Below, piece by piece: positions 56,234-64,000 of a DNA stretch of 64,000 bases. Location of the stretch: the NCBI GenBank assembly GCA_023701205.1, contig JAMPXJ010000006.1, positions 86,404 through 150,403 on the forward strand. Direction: 5' to 3'. The notes beneath the pieces are model-generated. The model ran no database searches and was not told the origin of the DNA. It was given only the letters and a program-made list of their open reading frames with translations. The stretch comes from Oligoflexia bacterium (GTDB lineage: Bacteria; Bdellovibrionota; UBA1018). Both the position numbers and the translations under genes were made by a program. How positions within the stretch are numbered: position 1 is the stretch's first letter; each line of letters starts with the position of its first letter.

Positions 56234-57829
56234 TCACAGCCAGCACTTCCCGGAATCACTTGATCTCCAATCGACTTCCACCCAGGTGTCTTCCTTCAGT
56301 CTCACGGGTTGCGGACCTCGGAAGAGCTGGGACTCATATTTGATGACCTGTCCTTTGGGCAGGTAAAGCTCGCCATTGCTACCAACGCGAGTGGGGTCTT
56401 TGAGCTGAACGGTCTCATCTTTCCAGCTCCAGTCGCCGGAGTTCCGAACGGGCACCCGGCAGGTCAGGGTTGTGGGGAGTCCTTGGCACTGGGTGAGGGT
56501 TCCGTCTGCGGCTTTGCCCGCGCAGCTTACCCAATAGGGGCCCAGGCCCAGCGCTTCAACGACATTTGAAGCACCGCCATCGAATTCGATCACGCGAAGC
56601 TCGAGTTTTCCCCGATCAGAAGAGGTCACCTCGTAGGAAAGCTTGCGGAGCCCATTCCAGGTGAAGGTGCTCTTGCGGGCGCGGCCGTCAGGCTTATCCT
56701 GAAGCTCGAGCGTGCACTGAGCGTCGGGAATGGTTGATTCGAGCGTGATGGCGGCGCCCTTCGAGAAGGTCGAAATGCCCCGGCAGCTCAAATGCACATC
56801 GGCTTTCGCGTGTAGGAAATCCTTGAATTCGAAGCTGCTGGTTTGAAGCCCGCTCCAGTGGAAGATCCCTTTGTTGGATTCGTAGCGAAGAGACGCAGGT
56901 GCGAAGGCACGGATCACCAAACTATCGAGGGAAAGAGTTTCGCCGGGCGTCTGGGTCAGCTCGCCTTTTCCTTCACATCTTTCGGATAAGGTTGCACTGA
57001 AAACCTGTTCGAAAAACTTTTCCTTTCCAGACGACTCGCGGATCGGCCACCAATCCCTTTGGCAGCGCGCCTCCACGCGTTTGCCAGGCAGAGCTGCCCA
57101 GGCCGAATTGAATGAGGTAAAGGCTTTCAAATTCTCTTCAGGAAACGGGAAGTACTCTGAATCTCCATTGTAAACGGTTCCGCCACCCCAATCCCAATCT
57201 CGATAGATGCTTCTCATGTTTATGCTCGCCTCGAAATATTCCCGCATCGTGGCTTCGGAAAGCATGATCTGATTGAGGTGCCGGACGCGCAGGCTCTGCG
57301 GGTTTCCTCGGTTTGCGATCGCTTCGCGGAAGATCAGCTCATGCAGCACCAGCGCGGCACGGTTGTCGCTGTCCATGAGATCCCAGAGATCCAGGTCGAT
57401 GGTGTAGCGCTTGTACACGGTGCCCAGGTTCGCATCGGCGAGCTGCACGGCGATCTGCTTGATCTCGCAGCCGCGCGGGATCACGACGATCCCCTCGTCC
57501 GAGACGTTGGGGAGCTGGGCGCGGACAAAGAGCGTCTCGCTCTCGAAGGTCTCCAGCCACTGCCGATAAAGCTCGGTGCGGAAGGGGCTCCGGCTTGACC
57601 AGCGATCGAGGATGGCCTGAACCTTCTGCCGGTAATCGGCATGGGGAGGACCGAGCTGAAGCTTGCGGCCGCCGAGCTGAGCCTCGTAGAGGTCGACCAG
57701 GATGGCCTTGGCCCCCGAGGCGTTGGGGCAGTAAAAGATATCGCCGCCGTTGCCGAGCTCGTTGCCGGCCCAGCCGGGCAAGGACGCCGTTAAGGCTAAA
57801 GTCGCGATGAAAGCGGATTTAATTCTCAC
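56234..57829 (-). CDS. Secreted hypothetical protein (531 aa)
   Basis: Signal peptide MRIKSAFIATLALTASLPGWA; Trp/Cys-rich; no recognised motifs. Confidence 0.5.
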   Translation of the reverse strand: MRIKSAFIATLALTASLPGWAGNELGNGGDIFYCPNASGAKAILVDLYEAQLGGRKLQLGPPHADYRQKVQAILDRWSSRSPFRTELYRQWLETFESETLFVRAQLPNVSDEGIVVIPRGCEIKQIAVQLADANLGTVYKRYTIDLDLWDLMDSDNRAALVLHELIFREAIANRGNPQSLRVRHLNQIMLSEATMREYFEASINMRSIYRDWDWGGGTVYNGDSEYFPFPEENLKAFTSFNSAWAALPGKRVEARCQRDWWPIRESSGKEKFFEQVFSATLSERCEGKGELTQTPGETLSLDSLVIRAFAPASLRYESNKGIFHWSGLQTSSFEFKDFLHAKADVHLSCRGISTFSKGAAITLESTIPDAQCTLELQDKPDGRARKSTFTWNGLRKLSYEVTSSDRGKLELRVIEFDGGASNVVEALGLGPYWVSCAGKAADGTLTQCQGLPTTLTCRVPVRNSGDWSWKDETVQLKDPTRVGSNGELYLPKGQVIKYESQLFRGPQPVRLKEDTWVEVDWRSSDSGKCWL

Positions 57830-58619
57830 GGGAACGTTCTCCTTTTGAGTTGTTCGGAATCGGGGAGAGCTCAGTCAACGGGATGAGCTGGATCTGAAGG
57901 CGATAAACTTCGCTCGGGTTCTTGCCGCGCTCGAGCAGCTGGGCGAGCTTGCGGCGGAAGTCCTTGATCAGCGCCTTGGCCTCGTTCAGGCGCGCAGGAT
58001 CGGCGGCCAAGGTGATCGAGGTGATGTCGCGAAGCTCAAGCGGGATCCGCTCAAGCCCCTCGATGGCCTGCTCGAGCTGCCTGCGGTGCGCCTTGCGGAG
58101 CGCGGCGTTTTGCACGCCGTCGCTCGAGCGCACGCCTTGCGCATGCGTGGGTGTGAGCTTGCCGTCTTTTTCGGTGATGAGTCCCAGGTCCTGGAGCAGC
58201 CTCAGTGAGTGCGTGACCTCGGTGACCGAGGAGCGCAGCCGCGCGGCGATCCAGCGCGGCTCGCGGCGGAAGCCCCGGGTTTCCATCAGGCTCAGGAGCG
58301 TGAAATGAATCGGCTCGGAGATCAGCTCGAAGACCTTCTGATCGAGAAGCTCGGGGGCCGAAGGGGCGGGAATCGAGGCCTGCGCGAGCGAGAGCCCAAG
58401 CCAATGAGCCTGCTCCACGGGGGAGAGCCCAAGCCTGTTCATGATCCGATGCGCGGCCTTCGGGGTGACGGATCTCTGGCCCGAGAAGTACTGCGAAAGC
58501 CGCCCGGAGCCGACGTTCAGGTCCCGGCTGAAGCTCCGGAGGCTGTAGGCCGCGTTGCGGGCGCGGCGGGTGCGGTACTCGCGCCCGAGCTGATCGAGGA
58601 AGGGACGGCTGATATCCAT
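57819..58619 (-). CDS. TIGR02147-like HTH protein (family expanded in Bdellovibrio-like genomes, from memory)
   Basis: N-terminal ...YRTRRARNAAYSLRSFSRDLNVGSG... resembles the family's N-terminal signature; start set at the internal ATG 58619. Confidence 0.45.
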   Translation of the reverse strand: MDISRPFLDQLGREYRTRRARNAAYSLRSFSRDLNVGSGRLSQYFSGQRSVTPKAAHRIMNRLGLSPVEQAHWLGLSLAQASIPAPSAPELLDQKVFELISEPIHFTLLSLMETRGFRREPRWIAARLRSSVTEVTHSLRLLQDLGLITEKDGKLTPTHAQGVRSSDGVQNAALRKAHRRQLEQAIEGLERIPLELRDITSITLAADPARLNEAKALIKDFRRKLAQLLERGKNPSEVYRLQIQLIPLTELSPIPNNSKGERSREN

Positions 58620-58713
58620 GCGGCAGGGCTTAGCACGCCTTTTCAGGGGTGGAAAGGGATTTGGAAGCAAAGTGCTTCCAAAATGGAAGCGGGCTTGCGC
58701 TTGCCGACGCGTT

Positions 58714-60129
58714 TCACGGCGGAGGAGCCTCATTCGAGAGCTCGATCTCCACGTAAGTCGACGTCGCGGGCCGAACAGCGGCTTGGACTTCCTGGCGCGC
58801 GAATCCGGGAGCGCGCACCCGGAGGCGGACGCTGGGATTGGCCGGGAGGTTCGTTCGCGACCCGGCCTCGTTCTCGATCTTCGCGCGTTCGGGGCGGAGG
58901 TAACCCATATAGTAGAAGCGGGCTTCGTTGGGGAACTCGGCCGCGCCGCGGGCCGGCGCCTTGCCGTGCGAATAGAGCTCCAAGGGATCCGCGAGCCGCA
59001 AGCCGTTCTGCGAAGGAGGGAGTTCGATGGAGACCTCCTCCGGGCGCAAAGGTACGCCTTGTGGCGCTCGGATCGAGAGCTCGAGCATGAAAGAAGTGAG
59101 GGGAGAGGGAAGGGGCGGGCCTTCGGGGACCGGACGGCCCTGCAGGTGGTCCGCCACGATCTTGAAAGTCGGGTGCCTGCAATTGGGGTTGCTCACGCAA
59201 CGCTCGGGGACCTGCGCGATACCCGGGAAGTTTTCGGATTCGGGCAGGGGCGACAGATGGAGCGCCTCGACGACGCGAAAGGGCGCGAACTCCATGAAGC
59301 CCACCGTTGCGGGCCGATGGGGTTTCTGAGTCAGGTGAATGAAGTCGAAACGCGCGGAAGGAAGCGGCACGGCCGAGTCATCCTCGTATTCCCTGGCATC
59401 CGAAGCGAACGGGGCCAGCAGCTTGAGCTGAGTCGCGATCGCCGCGATATTGAGCAGGCGCACGCGGGATTGGATTTCGCCGCGCACCCTTGCGAACTCC
59501 TCGTCAACCGCCAGGCGCCGGAAACGGGTGATCGTATGGCTGCCAAAGCTCATTTCCTGCAGCTCCTGCGGCCCGAAAGGCAGCGGGAAAGGTACGCCCA
59601 GGGAATCCGCGAGCCGGCGAACCGTAGAGCCGAAAACGGCCGTCTTGGCACCCCAGAATGGGGTTCCGAGTGTGATGAACGCGTCGATGCGCGAGGCGAA
59701 CTCGGGATGGAAGCGGCTGTCACCCGCGAAAGCGCGCGCGAGCCAGATCGTGCCGACCAGTCCTCCTTGGGAGTGCATCACAAGCGAGATGCGATCTCCC
59801 TCACCCAATTCTCCGGAGCGATCGAAATAGGATTTCAGGAATTCGCCGAACTCCTGGGCGAAGGTATAGGTGTTCTTTCCCGCACTGCCGGTATCGTATT
59901 CGAAAGGCACGACTTCCAGGCCGCGCGCCTCGAGAGCGGGCTTCATCGAGCCAAAATGCCCCGCGTTCCCTCCGATGCCATGGATCAAAAAGACAACGTG
60001 GCGGGTTGTGAACGCTAAGTCGTAGGCTGCGGCGGGCGCCCGCAGCGCGCGACGCCAATGATCCGCGCTCAAAAGCGCGGCGATACCTGAAATCGCGAGT
60101 CCCAGGGCGAGTGCTCGGCTTTTCTTCAT
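58714..60129 (-). CDS. Secreted alpha/beta-hydrolase (lipase/esterase-like)
   Basis: Signal peptide MKKSRALALGLAISGIAALLSA; nucleophile elbow LVMHSQGG (GxSxG variant) after HGIGG oxyanion-hole-like motif. Confidence 0.65.
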   Translation of the reverse strand: MKKSRALALGLAISGIAALLSADHWRRALRAPAAAYDLAFTTRHVVFLIHGIGGNAGHFGSMKPALEARGLEVVPFEYDTGSAGKNTYTFAQEFGEFLKSYFDRSGELGEGDRISLVMHSQGGLVGTIWLARAFAGDSRFHPEFASRIDAFITLGTPFWGAKTAVFGSTVRRLADSLGVPFPLPFGPQELQEMSFGSHTITRFRRLAVDEEFARVRGEIQSRVRLLNIAAIATQLKLLAPFASDAREYEDDSAVPLPSARFDFIHLTQKPHRPATVGFMEFAPFRVVEALHLSPLPESENFPGIAQVPERCVSNPNCRHPTFKIVADHLQGRPVPEGPPLPSPLTSFMLELSIRAPQGVPLRPEEVSIELPPSQNGLRLADPLELYSHGKAPARGAAEFPNEARFYYMGYLRPERAKIENEAGSRTNLPANPSVRLRVRAPGFARQEVQAAVRPATSTYVEIELSNEAPPP

Positions 60130-60224
60130 AGAGCCAGGGTAACATAAGGGCATGGAGGAGTTGAAGCCGGGGTTGCAAGGAAGGCTCCGGTTCCGCATAG
60201 TGTCCTGAGAGAGGCATCCCTCGG

Positions 60225-60533
60225 ATGAAGAAGATTCCAGGCGATTATCAGGTCCATGTCTTCGTGTGCACGAACGAGAAAAAAGCCGGTGAGTGCTGCG
60301 CGGCCCGGGGCGGCGCTGAGGTCCATCGCGAGCTGAAGGAGTGGGCCAAGGGGCACCCTGAATGGAAGGGGCGAATCCGAATCAATCGTTCCGGCTGCCT
60401 TGACCGCTGCAGCGAGGGCGTGGCCGTGGCCATTTACCCGCAAAACGAATGGTGTCTCGAGGTCAACGCGGAAAATCTTCAGGAAGTGAAAGAGAAGATC
60501 GGGGCCCTGATGAGGGGCGCTCAGCGGAAGTAA
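60225..60533 (+). CDS. Thioredoxin-like [2Fe-2S] ferredoxin family protein
   Basis: Four Cys in the arrangement VFVCTNE..GECCA....SGCLDRC typical of thioredoxin-like 2Fe-2S ferredoxins; 102 aa. Confidence 0.6.
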   Translation: MKKIPGDYQVHVFVCTNEKKAGECCAARGGAEVHRELKEWAKGHPEWKGRIRINRSGCLDRCSEGVAVAIYPQNEWCLEVNAENLQEVKEKIGALMRGAQRK

Positions 60534-60799
60534 GACTTCACCACGCTCAGCAGCTTCTCGGCCGCGCGAGTCTGCTCGGCCGTGGGGCGGAGCGCGGGAT
60601 CGATCACGTGCTCGTAGACGTGGCCTTCGATGAGCTCGCCCATCAGCCCATTGAGCGCCCCCCGGCAGGAGGCGACCGTCTGCAGGAGCTCGACGCAGTC
60701 GTCTTCCTCCTCGAGGGCCTTCTCGATCGCCGAGACCTGGCCCTTGATGCGGCGGATGCGGGCCAGGAGCTTTTCCTTATCCTTGATCGCGTGAGCCAT
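60521..60799 (-). CDS. rcnR: CsoR/RcnR/FrmR-family metal-sensing transcriptional repressor
   Basis: 92 aa; ...RIKGQVSAIEKALEEE..C.ELLQTV.SCRGALNGL... matches the DUF156 fold pattern with a conserved Cys; divergent from a Ni/Co efflux gene. Confidence 0.75.
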   Translation of the reverse strand: MAHAIKDKEKLLARIRRIKGQVSAIEKALEEEDDCVELLQTVASCRGALNGLMGELIEGHVYEHVIDPALRPTAEQTRAAEKLLSVVKSYFR

Positions 60800-60806
60800 G
60801 ATGACG

Positions 60807-60839
60807 CTTGTATAGTATAGGGGGGTAGACTATACAAGG
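60807..60839. promoter_or_regulatory. Candidate RcnR operator: 13-bp inverted repeat flanking a G6 tract (CTTGTATAGTATA-GGGGGG-TAGACTATACAAG)
   Basis: Read directly in the 43-bp divergent rcnR-rcnA intergenic region; 12/13 arm positions complementary; G-tract-centred palindromes are the known operator type for this family. Confidence 0.55.
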
Positions 60840-60842
60840 GGC

Positions 60843-61793
60843 ATGATCGAGAATCCGTTGAGCTGGGTTTATTTTCCGACTGCGGTTGCTTTGGGCGCGT
60901 TGCACGCGCTCGAGCCGGGCCACGCCAAGACGCTGACCGCGGCCTACCTGATCGGCATCAAGGGCACGCGCCGGGATGCGTTTCTGCTCGGGCTTTCGGT
61001 GGCGTTCACCCATAGCCTCGTGGTCATCGCGATCGCGGCGGGAGCGCTCTGGGTCGGGCAGGAGGCGTTCACGAAGGACGTGACCCATTATCTGCAGCTC
61101 GGGAGCGGCGTGCTGGTCGTGGCGCTCGGGAGCTGGATGCTTTTCAAGCGCCTGCGGCAGATGCGGCGGGCGCAGATGCGGGCTCGGTCGCGGGTGCCGG
61201 GCCGGGAGGGCGAGGTCCACGCCGCATACCAGATTGCTTTTGTGCCGGCATCTCCGCACGTATCCCGGCCCGTTTCCCAGTCTGTCGCAATGACCTTCAA
61301 GCCGCTTTCTTCCGGAGCGCATTCTCATCATCATCACGGCCACGACCACGGGCATGACCATCATCATGGCTACGATCACGGGCATGCTCACGATCACCAC
61401 GACCATGATCATGACCACGACCTGATGACCGACGACGAACACGCGCGCGCGCACGCGGCGACGATCCCGGATTACGCCAAGCGCGGCGAGCGCCCGAGCT
61501 GGCAGCAGATCCTGGCTTTCGGCGCGGCAGGCGGGATGATCCCGTGCCCGGCTTCGATCACGGTGATGCTGCTCGCGCTTTCGATCGGGAAAGTCGCCTC
61601 CGGGCTGCTCGCGGTGGCGGGCTTCAGCCTCGGACTGGCGCTGGCGCTCGTGGGCATCGGCCTCATGGTCGTGGCGGGCCTCAATCGGCTGAGCCATACC
61701 GGCAAATTCGACTGGCTTTCGGCTCAGGCACCGGTCCTGAGCGCCGGAGTCGTGATCCTCTCGGGTGTGGCGGCGCTCGTCTTCGCTCATTGA
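60843..61793 (+). CDS. rcnA: RcnA/NicO-family nickel/cobalt efflux permease with His-rich loop
   Basis: HALEPGHAKT motif near TM1, six TM segments, cytoplasmic loop HSHHHHGHDHGHDHHHGYDHGHAHDHHDHDHDHD. Confidence 0.8.
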   Translation: MIENPLSWVYFPTAVALGALHALEPGHAKTLTAAYLIGIKGTRRDAFLLGLSVAFTHSLVVIAIAAGALWVGQEAFTKDVTHYLQLGSGVLVVALGSWMLFKRLRQMRRAQMRARSRVPGREGEVHAAYQIAFVPASPHVSRPVSQSVAMTFKPLSSGAHSHHHHGHDHGHDHHHGYDHGHAHDHHDHDHDHDLMTDDEHARAHAATIPDYAKRGERPSWQQILAFGAAGGMIPCPASITVMLLALSIGKVASGLLAVAGFSLGLALALVGIGLMVVAGLNRLSHTGKFDWLSAQAPVLSAGVVILSGVAALVFAH

Positions 61794-61884
61794 AGAGGAT
61801 GACGCGTCGGGCCGTCCGCTATTTCTTGCGATTACCCCTGTTTTGAGGCCAAATGAGGCCCATCATTTTCGAGGGGGCACTCAC

Positions 61885-62604
61885 ATGATCAACAAAGTCG
61901 TGAAAGACGCGCGCGAGGCCGTGAAGGACATTCCCGACAACGCCACGCTCGCCATCGGCGGGTTCGGGCTCTGCGGGATTCCGGAGAACTGCATTTCCGC
62001 GCTCGTCGAAAAGGGCATCCGGAATCTCACCTGCATCTCCAACAACGCGGGCGTCGATGATTTCGGCATCGGCCTGATGCTGCAAAAGCGCCAGGTCAAG
62101 AAGATGATCTCGAGCTACGTGGGCGAGAACAAGCTTTTCGAGACGCTGCTGCTTTCGGGCGAGCTCGAGGTGGAGATGACGCCGCAGGGGACCTTGGCCG
62201 AGAAGCTGCGCGCGGGCGGCGCGGGAATTCCGGCGTTCTTCACCGCGACGGGCGTCGGAACAGTCGTGGCCGAGGGCAAGGAGATCAAGAATTTCGACGG
62301 GCGGCCATACGTGCTCGAGCGCTCGCTCACGGCGGATTTCGCGCTTGTCAAGGCGTGGAAGGGCGATGCGATGGGGAACCTCCTGTTCCGCAAGACGGCG
62401 CGCAACTTCAACCCGCTTTGCGCGATGGCGGGCCGGATCACCATCGCCGAGGTCGAGGAGCTCGTGCCGGTGGGCACGTTCGACCCGGACCAGATCCATC
62501 TGCCCGGGATTTACGTGAAACGGATTTTCCAGGGAACGAACTACGTCAAGCGCATCGAGCGCCGGACGGTGGCCGCGGCGGGCATGGCTCGCCCGCGCGC
62601 CTGA
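61885..62604 (+). CDS. scoA: Succinyl-CoA:3-ketoacid CoA transferase subunit A
   Basis: IPDNATLAIGGFGLCGIPE...SENG.. family signature of CoA-transferase family I alpha subunit. Confidence 0.85.
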   Translation: MINKVVKDAREAVKDIPDNATLAIGGFGLCGIPENCISALVEKGIRNLTCISNNAGVDDFGIGLMLQKRQVKKMISSYVGENKLFETLLLSGELEVEMTPQGTLAEKLRAGGAGIPAFFTATGVGTVVAEGKEIKNFDGRPYVLERSLTADFALVKAWKGDAMGNLLFRKTARNFNPLCAMAGRITIAEVEELVPVGTFDPDQIHLPGIYVKRIFQGTNYVKRIERRTVAAAGMARPRA

Positions 62605-62616
62605 AAGGAGCCTTCC

Positions 62617-63276
62617 ATGCCCGCACTCACTCGTGAACAGATTGCCCAGCGGATCGCGCGCGAGCTGCGCGACGGCTACTACGTGAACCTCGGGATCGGG
62701 ATCCCCACGCTCGTCGCGAACTACATTCCCTCCGGCATGTCGGTCGTGCTCCAGAGCGAGAACGGGATCCTGGGCATGGGCCCGTATCCCACGGAGGCCG
62801 AGGTCGACGCCGACCTCATCAACGCCGGCAAGGAGACCGTGACGGTGATCCCGGGCGCGGCCTATATGTCGAGCGCTGATTCCTTCGCGATGATCCGCGG
62901 CGGAAAGGTCGACCTGACGGTCCTGGGCGCGATGGAGGTCGACGAGACCGGCAGCATCGCCAACTGGATGGTTCCGGGCAAAATGGTGAAGGGGATGGGC
63001 GGGGCGATGGATCTCGTCGCGGGCGCCAAGAACGTCGTCGTGGCCATGCAGCATGTGGCGAAAGACGGCTCGAGCAAGGTGCTGCCCAAGTGCACGCTCC
63101 CGCTGACCGGCATCAACTGCGTGAACAAGATCGTTTCGGAGCTCGCCGTGATCGACGTCACGCGCGAGGGGCTCGTGCTGCGCGAGCGGGCGCCGGGGAT
63201 CTCCGTCGAGGAGATCCGCAAGGCGACGGCGGCGAAGCTTCATATTCCGGGCGAGGTTCCGGAGATGAGGTTCTGA
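62617..63276 (+). CDS. scoB: Succinyl-CoA:3-ketoacid CoA transferase subunit B
   Basis: [10 protein letters not shown]...SENGILG...catalytic Glu context ([11 protein letters not shown]) of beta subunit. Confidence 0.85.
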   Translation: MPALTREQIAQRIARELRDGYYVNLGIGIPTLVANYIPSGMSVVLQSENGILGMGPYPTEAEVDADLINAGKETVTVIPGAAYMSSADSFAMIRGGKVDLTVLGAMEVDETGSIANWMVPGKMVKGMGGAMDLVAGAKNVVVAMQHVAKDGSSKVLPKCTLPLTGINCVNKIVSELAVIDVTREGLVLRERAPGISVEEIRKATAAKLHIPGEVPEMRF

Positions 63277-63349
63277 GCTTCAGGCCCGAAGGCGAGCGCC
63301 CGCGCGCAGGTCCCAGCTGATTTCAGCGCCGGCAGGTAAGGTCGCATAA

Positions 63350-63961
63350 ATGTCTCCGAAGCGCCCAAAACGTTCGGTGCTCTTCGAGCGGAAAACACGA
63401 AGGCTCGTGGTTCGCCCGCTCGTGAGCTCTGATGATCTCGCCTGGAAGGCGGCATATTCGACGATGCTGCCGAAAAGGAATGCCTTTGACCCGACGAATC
63501 GCAAGCCGCGGGAGCTTTCGGTTCGGAGGTTTCGGGCAGATCTCAAGTCACGGAATGAGGGGATGGCGGCGGATCGATATTACGGTTTCGGGGTTTTCCA
63601 TCGGAAATCGGGAGAGCTGGTCGGTCAGGTCGGCATCATGGATGTCCAGCGGGGAATCTCCCAAAGCGCTTATCTCGGTTACGTGATCTTCAATCGTTAC
63701 TGGAACCAGGGCTTCGGAAAAGAGGCCGTGAGGGCGGCCGTTGATATCGCGTTCCGGGACCTGAGGCTTCATCGCGTCGAGGCGGGAATCAGGCCGCGGA
63801 ACCGCCGATCGATCCTGCTCGCGCGATCACTCGGCTTTCGCAAAGAAGGATTGAAAAAGCGCGCCGTTCTGATGCATGGCGAGTGGGTCGATCTCGTGAT
63901 GTACAGCGCGACGACCGAGGACTTCGGAATCCGCTGGAGGGGCAGGGTGGATCAGCGCTGA
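63350..63961 (+). CDS. GNAT-family N-acetyltransferase (RimJ/RimL-like)
   Basis: RLVVRPL...; acetyl-CoA binding motif ...NQGFGKEAVRAAVDIAF..LRLHRVEA. Confidence 0.7.
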   Translation: MSPKRPKRSVLFERKTRRLVVRPLVSSDDLAWKAAYSTMLPKRNAFDPTNRKPRELSVRRFRADLKSRNEGMAADRYYGFGVFHRKSGELVGQVGIMDVQRGISQSAYLGYVIFNRYWNQGFGKEAVRAAVDIAFRDLRLHRVEAGIRPRNRRSILLARSLGFRKEGLKKRAVLMHGEWVDLVMYSATTEDFGIRWRGRVDQR

Positions 63962-64000
63962 TCCCGGTTTCGGGCCGGTGCTCGGTTGGGGCGACGCTAT

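Noticed and set aside
1-64000. tRNA, rRNA or CRISPR arrays
   Set aside because: Intergenic regions larger than 70 nt were scanned (415-600, 1423-1563, 19270-19483, 21289-21466, 21800-22009, 26894-27491, 28980-29372, 41011-41315) and none shows cloverleaf-compatible GTTC/TTCGA arms or regularly spaced direct repeats

Overview
High-GC (~65-70%) bacterial chromosomal segment, probably delta-proteobacterial (Myxococcota or Bdellovibrionota-like), with dense housekeeping content. Identified by conserved motifs in the supplied translations: purH (3' end), purM, an AddB/AddA-type helicase-nuclease pair, trxA, polA, a nusB-nrdR-glyA-rpiB block, a fabF-acpP-fabG-fabD-fabH-rpmF-yceD cluster lacking plsX, htrA, a thiolase, a small c-type cytochrome, a di-haem peroxidase, a DExH helicase, a divergent rcnR-rcnA metal-efflux pair, scoAB and a GNAT. 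The most striking block is 9.8-21.3 kb: two outer-membrane beta-barrel proteins, a 507-aa and a ~1210-aa TPR protein, a small secreted protein, and an FHA-TM-Pro/Lys-linker-Gly-linker-TonB_C protein, convergent with a TolQ/ExbB + 2x ExbD/TolR proton-channel operon. From memory this matches the Myxococcus Agl-Glt gliding/Nfs trans-envelope machinery, here encoded in a single locus with its motor. Two low-GC blocks look horizontally acquired. One (0.42-1.56 kb) holds two small abutting convergent ORFs. The other (25.5-31.4 kb, right after polA) has three same-strand secreted-protein genes, each followed by a copy of a ~75-90 bp repeat, giving a cassette-like array; the terminal copy lies 52 nt downstream of the last gene's stop, in which a possible frameshift was noted. 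Smaller items: a near-perfect 27-bp inverted repeat in a convergent intergenic region, 15-bp tandem repeats encoding a PPxEx domain, a G6-centred palindrome between rcnR and rcnA, and a G8C7 palindrome. No rRNA, tRNA or CRISPR was recognised. Many long antisense ORFs are GC-driven artefacts.
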